DNA from: Haplodiscus bocki
Lineage: Eukaryota
Assembly: GCA_965655095.1 (NCBI GenBank)
Contig: OZ296650.1
Span: 50,654,001-50,718,000, forward strand
Direction of reading: 5' to 3'
Length of the DNA: 64,000 nt
Below, piece by piece: positions 36,655 through 51,600 of the stretch. The notes under the pieces are model-generated. The model worked only from the letters and a program-made list of their open reading frames with translations, ran no database searches and was not told the DNA's origin. A program made the position numbers and the translations under genes. The number at the start of each line of letters is the position of its first letter. Position 1 is the stretch's first letter.

Positions 36655-39600
36655 CGTTTATGCTAGAGAAGGTTTCTAGTATCTTCTAAGCTTTCCGGTA
36701 GAGTTTGTTTCTATGGATGCGAGGTCCCCTCGATTTGACTTTTTACATGTTTCAACTCAACAGCTCTTCTTGAGAACAGAGAATTGGTTAGTCAAAATAG
36801 GTCAATTTTTTTAGACAGCGTTCAAAGATGGCTGCGTCAGATTTTAATGAGTCTAGATTATTTTAAAAGTTAATGTCTAAAATACTGATCAGCGAGAGTA
36901 GTTTATTTTAATATTAGCGCCGTTGAGATTCCCGAAAGTGAAAAGTTCAAATTTAGCTGTTATTTGCTTTGAAGATGAAATTTGACGTGTGCGGCGTTTT
37001 TAGCTTTTTGACTGCGAGTTGAACGGGACTGGTCCAGCTCGTGATCTGCTTCTGCCCCTTGTTTCACATTTTTTTGATGCGCGATTGGAGTAACCACATG
37101 AATCGAAAACTTTTTGTGAAAATGCCCCTGTCTCAGTGTGTCCTTCCGACTTTCCTGTGTTTAAAGTCCTCTCAGAACTTCGCCTACCAAAACGTTGAAC
37201 AATATTATGTCCGTTGTCATTGTTTGAATAAATTCCACAAATTGGTTTCTCTGTAAATGTCTCCTCTATTTTTATTTTTTCATTGAAAGTTTCCTCTGAA
37301 ACTGTTCCGTATCTTCCTTGATTTTGATTTTGTTTCTGTGGCTGACCAATATTCCAGTCAATGCGTTAATTCTATTTTCCTGAGATTTTTTAACTCTGCT
37401 GTTGTTTTGTTCAGGACCGCTGCGTTTTTTTCAGAGTTTCTTTACCCATTTCAATAAATCTGTCTTTAGGCCAGTCATCTTTTGGGCATCCCTTTCTCAA
37501 AAAAAAACATTTTCCCTAACTTGTGCACGCTTTTCGGATTGTGGAATTCTCGAGTTCTGCAAAATTTTAATTCGTGTAGAAAATGGCATTGTTTTTCTGA
37601 ACAATCTATTTATGTGTTGCTGTCGTTACATTTGAGCAAACTTTCTCCTTCTAACATTGTCTGTCAGTTCTCGATCAAACTTGTCTTTGTCACCTGTTAC
37701 AGTACCATCAGCCGGTGCTGAGCTACTGCTGATCTACTGGTGCTGGATAAAATTCCATCGCTTTATTTTGGAATTTTACCAAACCTGCTACTGGAGATTC
37801 AGTTTTTTTGTTCAATTTCCTGTTTTCAAAGTTGAAAGAGTGAATTTCCCTCAAACTTCGATGGAAAAAAAGGGTTTCCAATGCCGCAATTGTTAAGTCT
37901 AAGTCTGCTCTTGCGTTTGCATATAATGTGAGGAAGAACTGTAAAGCCGAATCTTTCAAAAGAAGTTTCAAGAATCAAGAATCCTACTTTTTGATTTGCT
38001 TGGATTCCTGTAACCTCCACTATACTTCGAAACAAAGACTCAAAGTCAGTGCAGTTGGCAGTTGTCCAATATAAACCCTTCGCATTTTGGAAGAAAAAAT
38101 TTTGACAGCACGCGCGCTGCCGTTTCACTTGGATCTGTTTCGCAAGGAATGTTGAAATGATGAATTTCTAATGAAGTGGTTCAGTTTCAGAAGGCTATGA
38201 GTGAGAGTAAACGAAAAATCACTACTACTGCCTTATGATCAATTTAGGCCAACAAGCGCTCTCAATAAAATCTGTGGTTTATAGATGAATGGTGAATACA
38301 ATCTTTTCGGGAACAATCGGGGGCAAATATTAATTTTCTGCATGTAAATTAGGCTTAGGTTAGGATTAAGAGAAAGACCACCAGAAAAAGAGAATTGCGG
38401 TTTCCTTCATTCTAGGATTACAGTTGTTCCAGTTAGCTCTCTTCTTCTGCTGGTCAGAATTTTTGTCTAGAGGTTTTAGGGTTGTCTTTGTATGGAAAGA
38501 CCGCGCTGTATCTCCTATACTGTTTAGATCAACCAGTGGATCCAGACGTCTTGAGCGGCTGCAGGTCTCCATTGTGTAGCTTGTTGTCACTCCCAAACCA
38601 TCACCTTCCAATGTTTGTACATCTACTTCTAGTTTGCATCGTTTATGCCAGAGAAGGTTTCTAGTAACTTCTAAGCTTTCCGGTAGAGTATGTTTCTATG
38701 GATGCGATGTCCCTTCGATTGAACTTTTTACAAATTTCAACTCAACAGCTCGCCTTGAGAACAGAGAATTGGTTAGTCAAAAAAGGTCAATTTTTTTAGA
38801 CAGCGTTCAAAGATGGCTGCGTCAGATTTTAATGAGTCTAGATTTTTTTAAAAGTTAATGTCTAAAATTTTGATCAGCGAGAGTAGTTTAATTTAAAATT
38901 AGCGCCGTTGAGATTCCCGAAATTGAAAAGTTCAAGTTAGGTTGATATTTGCTTTGAAGATAAATTTTGATTTGTGTGGCGTTTTTAGTTTTTGACTGCG
39001 AGTTGAACGGGACTGGTCCACCTCGTGATCTGCTTCTGCCTCTTGTTTCGCATTTTTTTGATGCGCGATTAGAGTAACCACATGAACAGAAAAACCTTTT
39101 GCGAAAATGCTGCTGTCTCAGTGTGTTCTTCCGCCTTTCCTGTGTTTATTGTCTTTTCAGAACTTCGCTTATCAAAACTTCGAAAAATATTATGTCTGTT
39201 GTCATGGTTTGAATAATTTCCACGATTATTCTCTCTGTAATTGTCTCCTCTCTTTTTAGTTTTTCCTTGAAAGTTTCGTCTGAAACAGTTTCCGTACCTT
39301 CCTTGATTTTGATTTTGTTTCTGTGGCTGACCAATATTCCAGTCAATGCGTTAATTCTATTTTCCTGAGATTTTTCAACTCTGCTGTTGTTTTGTTCAGG
39401 ACCGCTGGGATTTTTCAGAGTTGTCTTTACCCATCTCAAAAAATCTGTCTTTAGGCCAGTCATCTTTTGGGCATCCCTTTCTCAAAAAATATTTTCCCTT
39501 ATTTTTGTGCACGCTTTTCGGATTGTGGAATTCTCGAGTTCTGCAAAATTTTAATTCGTGTAGAAAATGGCATTGTTTTTCTGAACAATCTATTTATGAG

Positions 39601-42600
39601 TTACTGTCGTTACATTTGAGCAAACTTTCTCCTTCTAACATTGTCTGTCGTTTCTCAATCAAACTTGTCTTTGTCACCTGCTACAGTACCATCAACCGGT
39701 GCTCAGCTACTGCTGATTTACTGGTGCTGGATAAAATTCCATCGCTTTATTTTGGAATTTTACCAAACCTGCTACTGGAGATTCAGTTTTTTTGTTCAAT
39801 TTCCTGTTTTCAAAGTTGAAAGAGTGAATTTCCCTCAAACTTCGATGGAAAAAAAGGGTTTCCAATGCCGCAATTGTTAAGTCTAAGTCTGCTCTTGCGT
39901 TTGCATATAATGTGAGGAAGAACTGTAAAGCCGAATCTTTCAAAAGAAGTTTCAAGAATCAAGAATCCTACTTTTTGATTTGCTTGGATTCCTGTAACCT
40001 CCACTATACTTCGAAACAAAGACTCAAAGTCAGTGCAGTTGGCAGTTGTCCAATATAAACCCTTCGCATTTTGGAAGAAAAAATTTTGACAGCACGTGCG
40101 CTGCCGTTTCACTTGGATCTGTTTCGCAAGGAATGTTGAAATGATGAATTTCTAATGAAGTGGTTCAGTTTCAGAAGGCTATGAGTGAGAGTAAACGAAA
40201 AATCACTACTACTGCCTTATGATCAATTTAGGCCAACAAGCGCTCTCAATAAAATCTGTGGTTTATAGATGAATGGTGAATACAATCTTTTCGGGAACAA
40301 TCGGGGGCAAATATTAATTTTCTGCATGTAAATTAGGCTTAGGTTAGGATTAAGAGAAAGACCACCAGAAAAAGAGAATTGCGGTTTCCTTCATTCTAGG
40401 ATTACAGTTGTTCCAGTTAGCTCTCTTCTTCTGCTGGTCAGAATTTTTGTCTAGAGGTTTTAGGGTTGTCTTTGTATGGAAAGACCGCGCTGTATCTCCT
40501 ATACTGTTTAGATCAACCAGTGGATCCAGACGTCTTGAGCGGCTGCAGGTCTCCATTGTGTAGCTTGTTGTCACTCCCAAACCATCACCTTCCAATGTTT
40601 GTACATCTACTTCTAGTTTGCATCGTTTATGCCAGAGAAGGTTTCTAGTAACTTCTAAGCTTTCCGGTAGAGTATGTTTCTATGGATGCGATGTCCCTTC
40701 GATTGAACTTTTTACAAATTTCAACTCAACAGCTCGCCTTGAGAACAGAGAATTGGTTAGTCAAAAAAGGTCAATTTTTTTAGACAGCGTTCAAAGATGG
40801 CTGCGTCAGATTTTAATGAGTCTAGATTTTTTTAAAAGTTAATGTCTAAAATTTTGATCAGCGAGAGTAGTTTAATTTAAAATTAGCGCCGTTGAGATTC
40901 CCGAAATTGAAAAGTTCAAGTTAGGTTGATATTTGCTTTGAAGATAAATTTTGATTTGTGTGGCGTTTTTAGTTTTTGACTGCGAGTTGAACGGGACTGG
41001 TCCACCTCGTGATCTGCTTCTGCCTCTTGTTTCGCATTTTTTTGATGCGCGATTAGAGTAACCACATGAACAGAAAAACCTTTTGCGAAAATGCTGCTGT
41101 CTCAGTGTGTTCTTCCGCCTTTCCTGTGTTTATTGTCTTTTCAGAACTTCGCTTATCAAAACTTTGAAAAATATTATGTCTGTTGTCATTGTCTGAATAA
41201 TTTCCACGATTATTCTCTCTGTAATTGTCTCCTCTCTTTTTAGTTTTTCCTTGAAAGTTTCGTCTGAAACAGTTTCCGTACCTTCCTTGATTTTGATTTT
41301 GTTTCTGTGGCTGACCAATATTCCAGTCAATGCGTTAATTCTATTTTCCTGAGATTTTTCAACTCTGCTGTTGTTTTGTTCAGGACCGCTGGGATTTTTC
41401 AGAGTTGTCTTTACCCATCTCAAAAAATCTGTCTTTAGGCCAGTCATCTTTTGGGCATCCCTTTCTCAAAAAATATTTTCCCTTATTTTTGTGCACGCTT
41501 TTCGGATTGTGGAATTCTCGAGTTCTGCAAAATTTTAATTCGTGTAGAAAATGGCATTGTTTTTCTGAACAATCTATTTATGAGTTACTGTCGTTACATT
41601 TGAGCAAACTTTCTCCTTCTAACATTGTCTGTCGTTTCTCAATCAAACTTGTCTTTGTCACCTGCTACAGTACCATCAACCGGTGCTCAGCTACTGCTGA
41701 TTTACTGGTGCTGGATAAAATTCCATCGCTATATTTTGGAATTTCACCAAACCTGCTACAGGAGATTCAGTTTTTTTGTTCAATTTCCTGTTTTCAAAGT
41801 TGAAAGAGTGAATTTCCCTCAAACTTCGATGGAAAAAAAGGGTTTCCAATGCCGCAATTGTTAAGTCTAAGTCTGCTCTTGCGTTTGCATATAATGTGAG
41901 GAAGAACTGTAAAGCCGAATCTTTCAAAAGAAGTTTCAAGAATCAAGAATCCTACTTTTTGATTTGCTTGGATTCCTGTAACCTCCACTATACTTCGAAA
42001 CAAAGACTCAAAGTCAGTGCAGTTGGCAGTTGTCCAATATAAACCCTTCGCATTTTGGAAGAAAAAATTTTGACAGCACGTGCGCTGCCGTTTCACTTGG
42101 ATCTGTTTCGCAAGGAATGTTGAAATGATGAATTTCTAATGAAGTGGTTCAGTTTCAGAAGGCTATGAGTGAGAGTAAACGAAAAATCACTACTACTGCC
42201 TTATGATCAATTTAGGCCAACAAGCGCTCTCAATAAAATCTGTGGTTTATAGATGAATGGTGAATACAATCTTTTCGGGAACAATCGGGGGCAAATATTA
42301 ATTTTCTGCATGTAAATTAGGCTTAGGTTAGGATTAAGAGAAAGACCACCAGAAAAAGAGAATTGCGGTTTCCTTCATTCTAGGATTACAGTTGTTCCAG
42401 TTAGCTCTCTTCTTCTGCTGGTCAGAATTTTTGTCTAGAGGTTTTAGGGTTGTCTTTGTATGGAAAGACCGCGCTGTATCTCCTATACTGTTTAGATCAA
42501 CCAGTGGATCCAGACGTCTTGAGCGGCTGCAGGTCTCCATTGTGTAGCTTGTTGTCACTCCCAAACCATCACCTTCCAATGTTTGTACATCTACTTCTAG

Positions 42601-45600
42601 TTTGCATCGTTTATGCCAGAGAAGGTTTCTAGTAACTTCTAAGCTTTCCGGTAGAGTATGTTTCTATGGATGCGATGTCCCTTCGATTGAACTTTTTACA
42701 AATTTCAACTCAACAGCTCGCCTTGAGAACAGAGAATTGGTTAGTCAAAAAAGGTCAATTTTTTTAGACAGCGTTCAAAGATGGCTGCGTCAGATTTTAA
42801 TGAGTCTAGATTTTTTTAAAAGTTAATGTCTAAAATTTTGATCAGCGAGAGTAGTTTAATTTAAAATTAGCGCCGTTGAGATTCCCGAAATTGAAAAGTT
42901 CAAGTTAGGTTGATATTTGCTTTGAAGATAAATTTTGATTTGTGTGGCGTTTTTAGTTTTTGACTGCGAGTTGAACGGGACTGGTCCACCTCGTGATCTG
43001 CTTCTGCCTCTTGTTTCGCATTTTTTTGATGCGCGATTAGAGTAACCACATGAACAGAAAAACCTTTTGCGAAAATGCTGCTGCCTCAGTGTGTTCTTCC
43101 GCCTTTCCTGTGTTTATTGTCTTTTCAGAACTTCGCTTATCAAAACTTCGAAAAATATTATGTCTGTTGTCATTGTTTGAATAATTTCCACGATTATTCT
43201 CTCTGTAATTGTCTCCTCTCTTTTTAGTTTTTCCTTGAAAGTTTCGTCTGAAACAGTTTCCGTACCTTCCTTGATTTTGATTTTGTTTCTGTGGCTGACC
43301 AATATTCCAGTCAATGCGTTAATTCTATTTTCCTGAGATTTTTCAACTCTGCTGTTGTTTTGTTCAGGACCGCTGGGATTTTTCAGAGTTGTCTTTACCC
43401 ATCTCAAAAAATCTGTCTTTAGGCCAGTCATCTTTTGGGCATCCCTTTCTCAAAAAATATTTTCCCTTATTTTTGTGCACGCTTTTCGGATTGTGGAATT
43501 CTCGAGTTCTGCAAAATTTTAATTCGTGTAGAAAATGGCATTGTTTTTCTGAACAATCTATTTATGAGTTACTGTCGTTACATTTGAGCAAACTTTCTCC
43601 TTCTAACATTGTCTGTCGTTTCTCAATCAAACTTGTCTTTGTCACCTGCTACAGTACCATCAACCGGTGCTCAGCTACTGCTGATTTACTGGTGCTGGAT
43701 AAAATTCCATCGCTATATTTTGGAATTTCACCAAACCTGCTACAGGAGATTCAGTTTTTTTGTTCAATTTGCTGTCTTCTAAGCTGATATAATGACTTTC
43801 CCTCAAATTTCTTTGGAAAAAATGGTTTTCCATTGCTACGATTGTTAAGTCTAAGTCTGCTCTTGCGTTTGCATAAAATTTGAGGAAAAATTGTAACGCC
43901 GACTCCTCCAAAAGAAGTTTCGAGAATAGAGAATCCTACTTTTTGATTTGCTTGGACACCTGGAACATCAACTATACTTCAAAACAAGGACTCAAAGTCA
44001 GTGCAGTTGTCCAATATGAACTTCGCATTTTAGAATAAAATCTTTTGACTGCCCGTGCGCTGTGTTTTACTTGTATCTGCTTGGCGAGAATTAGTGAAAT
44101 GATGAAATCCTAATGAACTGATTCAGTTTCAGAAAGTTATGAGTGAGAGTAAACGAAAAATCACTATTACTGCCTTATGATCAGTTCAGGCCATGAAGCG
44201 CTCTCAATGAAGTCTGTGGTTTATAGATGAATGGTGAATACATTCTTTTCGGGAACAATCGGGGGCAAATATTAATTTTCTGCATGTAAATTAGGCTTAG
44301 GTTAGGATTAAGAAAAGGGCCAACGAAAAAAATTGCGGTTTTCTCCATTCTAGGATTAGAGTTGCTCCAGCTAGGTGCCTTCTTCTGCTAGGTAGGCTTT
44401 TTGTGTAGAGGGTTTAGGGTTGTCTTTGCATGACATGATCGCGCTGCCCCTCTTATACTGTTTAGATCACCCAGTGTATCCAGACGTCTTGAGCGGCTGC
44501 TGGTCTTCACTGTGTAGCTTGTCGTCACTCCCCAACCGTCACGATCCATTGTTTGTACTTCTAGTTCTAGTTTGCTTCGTTTATGCCAGAGAAGGTCTCT
44601 AGTAACTTCTGAACTTTCCGGTAGAGTATGTTTCTGATGGATTCGAGGTCCCCTCGATTGGACTTTTTACAAGTTTCAGCTCAACAGCTGTTCTTGAGAA
44701 TAGAGAATTGGTTAGTCAAAATAGGTCACCTTTTTTCGAGAGCGTTCAAACCTGGCTGTGTCAGATAATAAAGATTCTAGATTACTTTATATAATAAATG
44801 TCCAAACTATTGATCCGCGAGAGTAGTTTCTCTCAAAGAGAACGCCATTTAGATTCTCGAAGGTGAGAACAATAAGTTTAGTTCATATTTGCTTTCAAGA
44901 CAAATTTTGACGTGTGTGGCGGTAATAGTTCTTTGACTGCGAGTTGAACGGGACTGCTCCACCTCGTGATCTGCTTCTGCCTCTTGTTTCACATTTTTGT
45001 GATGCGCGGTTAGAGTAACCACATGAAAAGAAAACCGTTTGTGAAAAAGCTGTTGTTTCTGTCTGGCCATCCTCATTTCCTGTGCCTAAAGTCCTTTCAG
45101 AACTTTAATTATCATAACTTCGAAAAATATTATGTCTGTTGTCATTGTTTGAAAAAGTTCCACAATTGTTCCCTCTGTAATTGTCTCCTCTATTTATATT
45201 TTTTCATCGTAGGTTTCCTCTGAAGTTGTTTCTGTTTCTTCTTTGATTTTGGTTTTGGTTCTGTGGCTGACCAATTTTGCCAGTCAGTGCGTTAATTCAA
45301 TTTCCAGGGCTTTTTTATACTCTGTCTTTTTGGTCAGGACCGCTGGGAGTATTTTGGAGTTGTTTGTACTCATTTCATTGAATCTGATTTTAAAGCATTC
45401 ATCTATTGGGCGAAACTCCTTCAAAATGGTTTTTTGATTTTTTCTCTAGGTTTTGTGCAGGCTTCATGGATTGTAGCAGTTTTCGATTTGTGTGAAGTTT
45501 TCATTCGTGTAAAAAATGGCTTTGTTTTTCTGAACAATCTAATTTTGTGTCACTCTCGTTCCATTTGAGCAAAGTTTCTCCTATTAACGTTTTCAGTCGT

Positions 45601-48600
45601 TTCTTGATCAAATATGTCTTTGTCACCTGCTACAGGACCATTAACCGGTGTTGATCTACAGGAGTTGGATAAGCTTTCGTCGCTAAACTTTGGTGTTTTG
45701 CCAAAAGTTTTACAAGAGACTCGGTTTTGTGGTTCAACTTCGTGTTTTCTATGTTCATGTGATGAAATTCCTTCAAACTTTGGTGGTAAAAATGGTTTTC
45801 CAATGCTGCGATTGTTAACTCTAAGTCTGCTCTTGTGTTTGCATATAATGTGAGGACAAACTGTAATGCTGAATCTTTCAAAAGAAGTTTCAAGAATGAA
45901 CAATGCTACTTTTTGATTTGCTTGGATTCCTGTAACATCAACTATACTTCGAAACAAGGACTCAAAGTCAGTGCGGTTGTCCAATATAAACCCTTCTTAG
46001 TTTGGAAGAAAAACCTTTGAATGCGCGTGCGCTGTCGTTTTAGTTGGATCTCTTTCGCGAAAAATGTTGAGATGATGAAGTTTAAATGAAGTGATTCAGT
46101 TTGAAAAGATTATGAGTCAGAGTAAACGAAAAGTCACTAGTACTGCCTTATGATCAATTTAGGCCATCAAGCGCCCTCAATGAAACTTTTGGTTTAAAGA
46201 TGAATGACGAAGATAAACTTTTTGAGAACAATTAGAGGGCAAATATGAATTTTTGGCATGCAAATTAGGCTTCGGTTAGGATTACGAAAAAGGCCAACGA
46301 AAAAAATTGCGGTTTTCTTCATTCTAGGATTAGAGTTGGTCCAGCTAGGTGTCTTCTTCTGCTAGGTAAGCTTTTTGTGTAGAAGTTTTAAGGTTGTCTT
46401 TGCATGACATGATCGCGCTGCCCCTCTTATACTGTTTAGATTACCCAGTGTATCCAGACGTCTTGAGCGGCTGCTGGTCTTCACTGTGTAGCTTGTCGTC
46501 ACTCCCCAACCGTCACGATCCATTGTTTGTACTTCTAGTTCTAGTTTGCATCGTTTATGCCAGAGAAGGTTTCTAAAAACTTCTAAGCTTTCCGGTAGAG
46601 TATGTTTCTATGGATGCGATGTCCCCTCGATGGAACTTTTTACAAATTTCAAATCAACAGCTCGCCTTGAGAACAGCGAATTGGTTAGTCAAAATAGGTC
46701 AATTTTCTTAGACAGCGTTCAAAGATGGCTGCGTCAGATTTTAATGCGTCTAGATTGTTTTAAAATTTTTTGTCTAAAATATTGATCAGCGAGAGTAGTT
46801 TATTTTAAAATTAGCGCTGTTGAGATTCCCGAAATTGAAAAGTTCAAGTTAAGTTGATATTTGCTCTGAAGTTAAATTTTGATTTGTGTGGCGTCTTTAG
46901 TTTTTGACTGCGACTTGAACGGGACTGGTTCACCTCGTGATCTGCTTCTGCCTCTTGTTTCGCATTTTTTGATGCGCGATTAGAGTAACCACATGAACAG
47001 AAAAACCTTTTCGAAAATGCTGCTGTCTCAGTGTGTTCTTCCGCCTTTCCTGTGTTTTTTGTCTTTTCAGAACTTCGTTTTTCAAAACTTTGAAAAACAT
47101 TATGTCTGTTGTCATTGTTTGAATAATTTCCACGATTATTCTCTCTGTAATTGTCTCCTCTATTTTTAGTTTTTCCTTGAAAGTTTCGTCTGAAACAGTT
47201 TCCGTACCTTCCTTGATTTTGATTTTGTTTCTGTGGCTGTCCAATATTACAGTCAATGCGTTAATTCTGTTTTCCTGAGATTTTTCAACTCTGCTGTTGT
47301 TTTGTTCAGGACCGCTGGGATTTTTGCAGAGTTGTCTTTACCCATCTCAAAAAATCTGTCCTTAGACCAGTCATCTTTTGGGCATCCCTTTCTCAAAAAA
47401 ATATTTTCCCTAACTTTTGTGCGCGCTTTTCGGATTGTGGAATTCTCGAGTTCTGCAAAATTTTATTTCGTGTAGAAAATGGCATTGTTTTTCTGAACAA
47501 TCTATTTATGTGTTACTGTCGTTACACTTGAGCAAACTTTCTCCTTCTAACATTGTCTGTCGTTTCTCGATCAAACTTGTCTTTGTCACCTGCTACAGTA
47601 CCATCAACCGGTGCTGAGCTACTGCTGATCTACTGGTGCTGGATAAAATTCCATCGCTATATTTTGGAATTTTATCAAGTTTGCTACAGGAGATTCAGTT
47701 TTTTTGTTCAATTTGCTGTCTTCTAAGCTGATATAATGACTTTCTCTCAAATTTCTTTGGGAAAATGGTTTTCCATTGCTGCAATTGTTAAGTCTGAGTC
47801 TGTTCTTGCGTTTACATATAATGTGAGGAAAAAATGTAACGCCGACTCTTTCAAAAGAAGTTTCAAGAATGAAAAGTCCTTCTTTTTGATTTGCTTGCTT
47901 TCCTGTAAAATCCACTATACTTCGAAACAAGGACTCCAAGCCAGTGAAGTTTTCCGTAATAAACCCTTCGTAATTTTGAAAAAACCTTTTGAATGAGCGT
48001 GCATTGCCGTTTTTCTTGTATCTCGTTGACGAAAATTGTTGAAATGATGAAATCCTAATGAACTGATTCAGTTTCAGAAGGTTATGAGTGAGAGTAAACG
48101 AAAAATCACTACTACTGCCTTATGATCAGTTTAGGCCATGAAGCGCTCTCAATGAAGTCTGTGGTTTGTAGATGAATGGTGAAAACAATCTTTTTGAGAA
48201 CAATCGGAGGGCAAATTTGAATTTTCTGCATCTATATTACGCTTAGGTTAGGATTAAGAAAAAGACCAACAAAAGAATAAGTTGCGGTTTCCTTCATTCT
48301 AGGCCTAGAGTTGTTCCAGTTAGCTTTCTTCTTCTGCTGGTCAGAATTTTCGTCTGGAGGGTTTAGGGTTGTCTTTGTATGGCAAGACCGCGCTGTCTCT
48401 CCTTTACTCTTTAGATCAACCAGTGGATCCAGACATCTTGAGCGGCTGCTGGTCTTCATTTTGTAGCTTGACGTCACTCCCGGAACATCACCATCCTAGG
48501 TTTGTACTTCTACTTCTAGTTTGCATCGTTTATGCCAGAGAAGGTTTCTAGTATCTTCTAAGCTTTCCGGTAGAGTTTGTTTCTATGGATGCGAGATCCC

Positions 48601-51600
48601 CTCGATTGGACTTTTTACAAGTTTCAACTCGACAGCTGTTCTTGAGAATAGAGAATTGGTTAGTCAAAATAGGTCACCTTTTTTTTCGAGAGCGTTCAAA
48701 CCTGGTTGTGTCAGATATTAAAGAGTCTAGATTATTTTAAAAATTAAGGTTTAAACTATTGGTAAGCGAGAGTAGTTTATCTTAAAATTAGCGCCGTTTA
48801 GATTCTCGAAAGTGAAAAGAATAAGTTTAGTTCATATTTGCTTCTGAGATAAATTTTGACGTTTGTGGCGGTATTAGTTCTTTGACTGCGAGTTGAACGG
48901 GACTGCTCCACCTCGTGATCTGCTTCTGCCTCTTGTATCACTTTTTTTGATGCGCGGTTAGAGTAACCACATGAATAGAAAACCGTTTGTGAAAATGCTG
49001 TTGTCTCTGTGTGGCCATCCGCATTTCCTGTGTTTATTGTCCTTTCAGTACTTTAATTATCATAACGTTGAAAAATATTATGTCTGTTGTCATTCTTCGA
49101 AAAAATTCTACAAATGTTCCCTCTGTAATTGTCTCCTCTATTCGTATTTTTTCCTTGAAAACTTCCTCTGAAATTGTTTCCGTACCTTCCGTGATTTTGA
49201 TTTTGGTTCTGTGGCTGACCAATTTTGCCAGTCAATGCGTTAAGTCTATTTGCCGGAGATTTTTGATATTCTGTCTTTTTGGTCAAGACTGCTGGGAGTT
49301 TTTCGGAGTTGTCTATACTCATTCCTTCAAATCTGTCTTTAGACCAGTCATCTTTTGGGCATAACTCTCTGAAAATGATCTTTTCTCTAGCTTCTGTGCG
49401 CACCTCTTGGATTGTGACAGCTTTCGGTTTCTGCAAACTTTAATTCGTGTAAAAATTGGCATTGTTTTTCCGAACAATCTAATTTTGTGTCACTCTCGTT
49501 CCATTTGAGCAAAGTTTCTCCTATTAACCTTTTCAGTCGTTTCTTGATCAAATATGTCTTTGTCACCTGCTACAGGACCATCAACCGGTGTTGATCTACA
49601 GGAGTTGGATAAGCTTTCGTCGCTAAATTTTGGGGTTTTGCCAAAAGTTTTACAGGAGACTCGGTTTTGTGGTTCAATTTCGTGTTTTCTATGTTCATAT
49701 GATGAAATTCCCTCAAACTTTGGTGGTAAAAATGGTTTTCCAATGCTGCGATTGTTAACTCTAAGTCTGTTCTTGTGTTTGCATATAATGTGAGGGAGAA
49801 CTGTAATGCTGAATCTTTCAAAAGAAGTTTCAAGAATAAAGAATCTTACTTTTTGATTTGCTTGGACTCCTGGAACATCAACTATACTTCGAAACAAGGA
49901 CTCAAAGTCAGTGCAGTTGTCCAATATGAACTTCGCATTTTGGAAGAAAAACTTCTGACTGCGCGTGGGCTGCCGTTTTACTTGGATCTGTTTCGCGAGA
50001 AATGTTGAAATGATGAAATTCTAATGAAGTGATTCAGTTTCAGAAAGGTATGACTGAGAGTAAACTAAAAATCAATACTACTGCCTTATAATCAATTTAG
50101 GCCATCAAGCGCTCTCAATGAAATCTAAGAATCTGTGGTTTAAAGATGAATGACGAAAATAAACTTTTTGAGAACAATCGGAGGGCAAATATGAATTTTC
50201 TGCATCTAAACTAGGATTAGGTTAGGATTAAGAAACGGACTAGCGAAAAAAAGAATTGCGGTTTTCTGCATTCTAGGATTAGAGTTGCTCCAGTTAGGTG
50301 TCTTCCTCTGCGGGTTAGATCTTTCGTCTAGAGGGTTTAGGGTTGCCTTTGTATGGCAAGACTGCGCTGTCTCTCCTATATTGTTTAGATCAACCAGTGG
50401 ATCCATACATCTTGAGCGGCTGCTGGTTTTCATTGTGTAGCTTGTCGTCACTCCCGAACCGTCACCATCATAGGTTTGTACTTCTACTTCTAGTTTGCAT
50501 CGTTTATGCCAGAGAAGGTTTCTAGTATCTTCTAAGCTTTCCGGTAGAGTTTGTTTCTATGGATGCGAGGTCCCCTCGATTCGACTTTTTACAAGTTTCA
50601 ACTCGACAGCTGTTCTTGAGAATAGAGAATTGGTTAGTCAAAATAGGTCACCTTTCTTTCAAGAGCGTTCAAACCTGGTTGTGTCAGATATTAAAGAGTC
50701 TAGATTATTTTAAAAATTAGTGTTTAAACTATTGGTAAGCGAGAGTAGTTTATCTTAAAATTAGCGCCGTTTAGATTCTCGAAAAAGAAAAGAATAAGTT
50801 TAGTTCATATTTGCTTCTAAGATAAATTTTGACGTTTGTGGCGGTATTAGTTCTTTGACTGCGAGTTGAACGGGACTGCTCCACCTCGTGATCTGCTTCT
50901 GCCTCTTGTTTCACTTTTTTTGATGCGCGGTTAGACTAACCACTTGAATAGAAAACCGTTCGTGAAAATGCTGTTGTCTCTGTGTGGCTATCCGCATTTC
51001 CTGTGTTTAATGTACTTTTAGTACTTTAATTATCATAACGTTGAAAAATATTATGTCTGTTGTCATTCTTCGAAAAAATTCTACAATTGTTCCCTCTGTA
51101 ATTGTCTCCTCTAGTCGTATTTTTTTCCTTGAAAACTTCCTCTGAAATTGTTTCCGTACCTTCCGTGATTTTGATTTTGGTTCTGTGGCTGACCAATTTT
51201 GCCAGTCAATGCGTTAAGTCTATTTTCCGGAGATTTTTGATATTCTGTCTTTTTGGTCAAGACTGCTGGGAGTTTTTCGGAGTTGTCTATACTCATTCCT
51301 TTAAATCTGTCTTTAGACCAGTCATCTGTTGGGCATAACTCTCTGAAAATGACTTTTTCTCTAGCTTCTGTGCACGCCTCTTGGATTGTGACAGCTTTCA
51401 GTTTCTGCAAACTTTAATTCGTGTAAAAATTGGCATTGTTTTTCCGAACAATCTAATTTTGTGTCACTCTCGTTCCATTTGAGCAAAATTTCTCCTATTA
51501 ACCTTTTCAGTCGTTTCTTGATCAAATATGTCTTTGTCACCTGCTACAAGACCATCAACCGGTGTTGATCTACAGGAGTTGGATAAGCTTTCGTCGCTAA

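Noticed and set aside
38349-38370. TTAGGC/TTAGG/TTAGGA telomere-like pentamers in each array unit
   Set aside because: Only 3-4 imperfect copies, and they are the reverse complement of Asn/Pro/Leu codons (LNPNL) in the gag N-terminal region.
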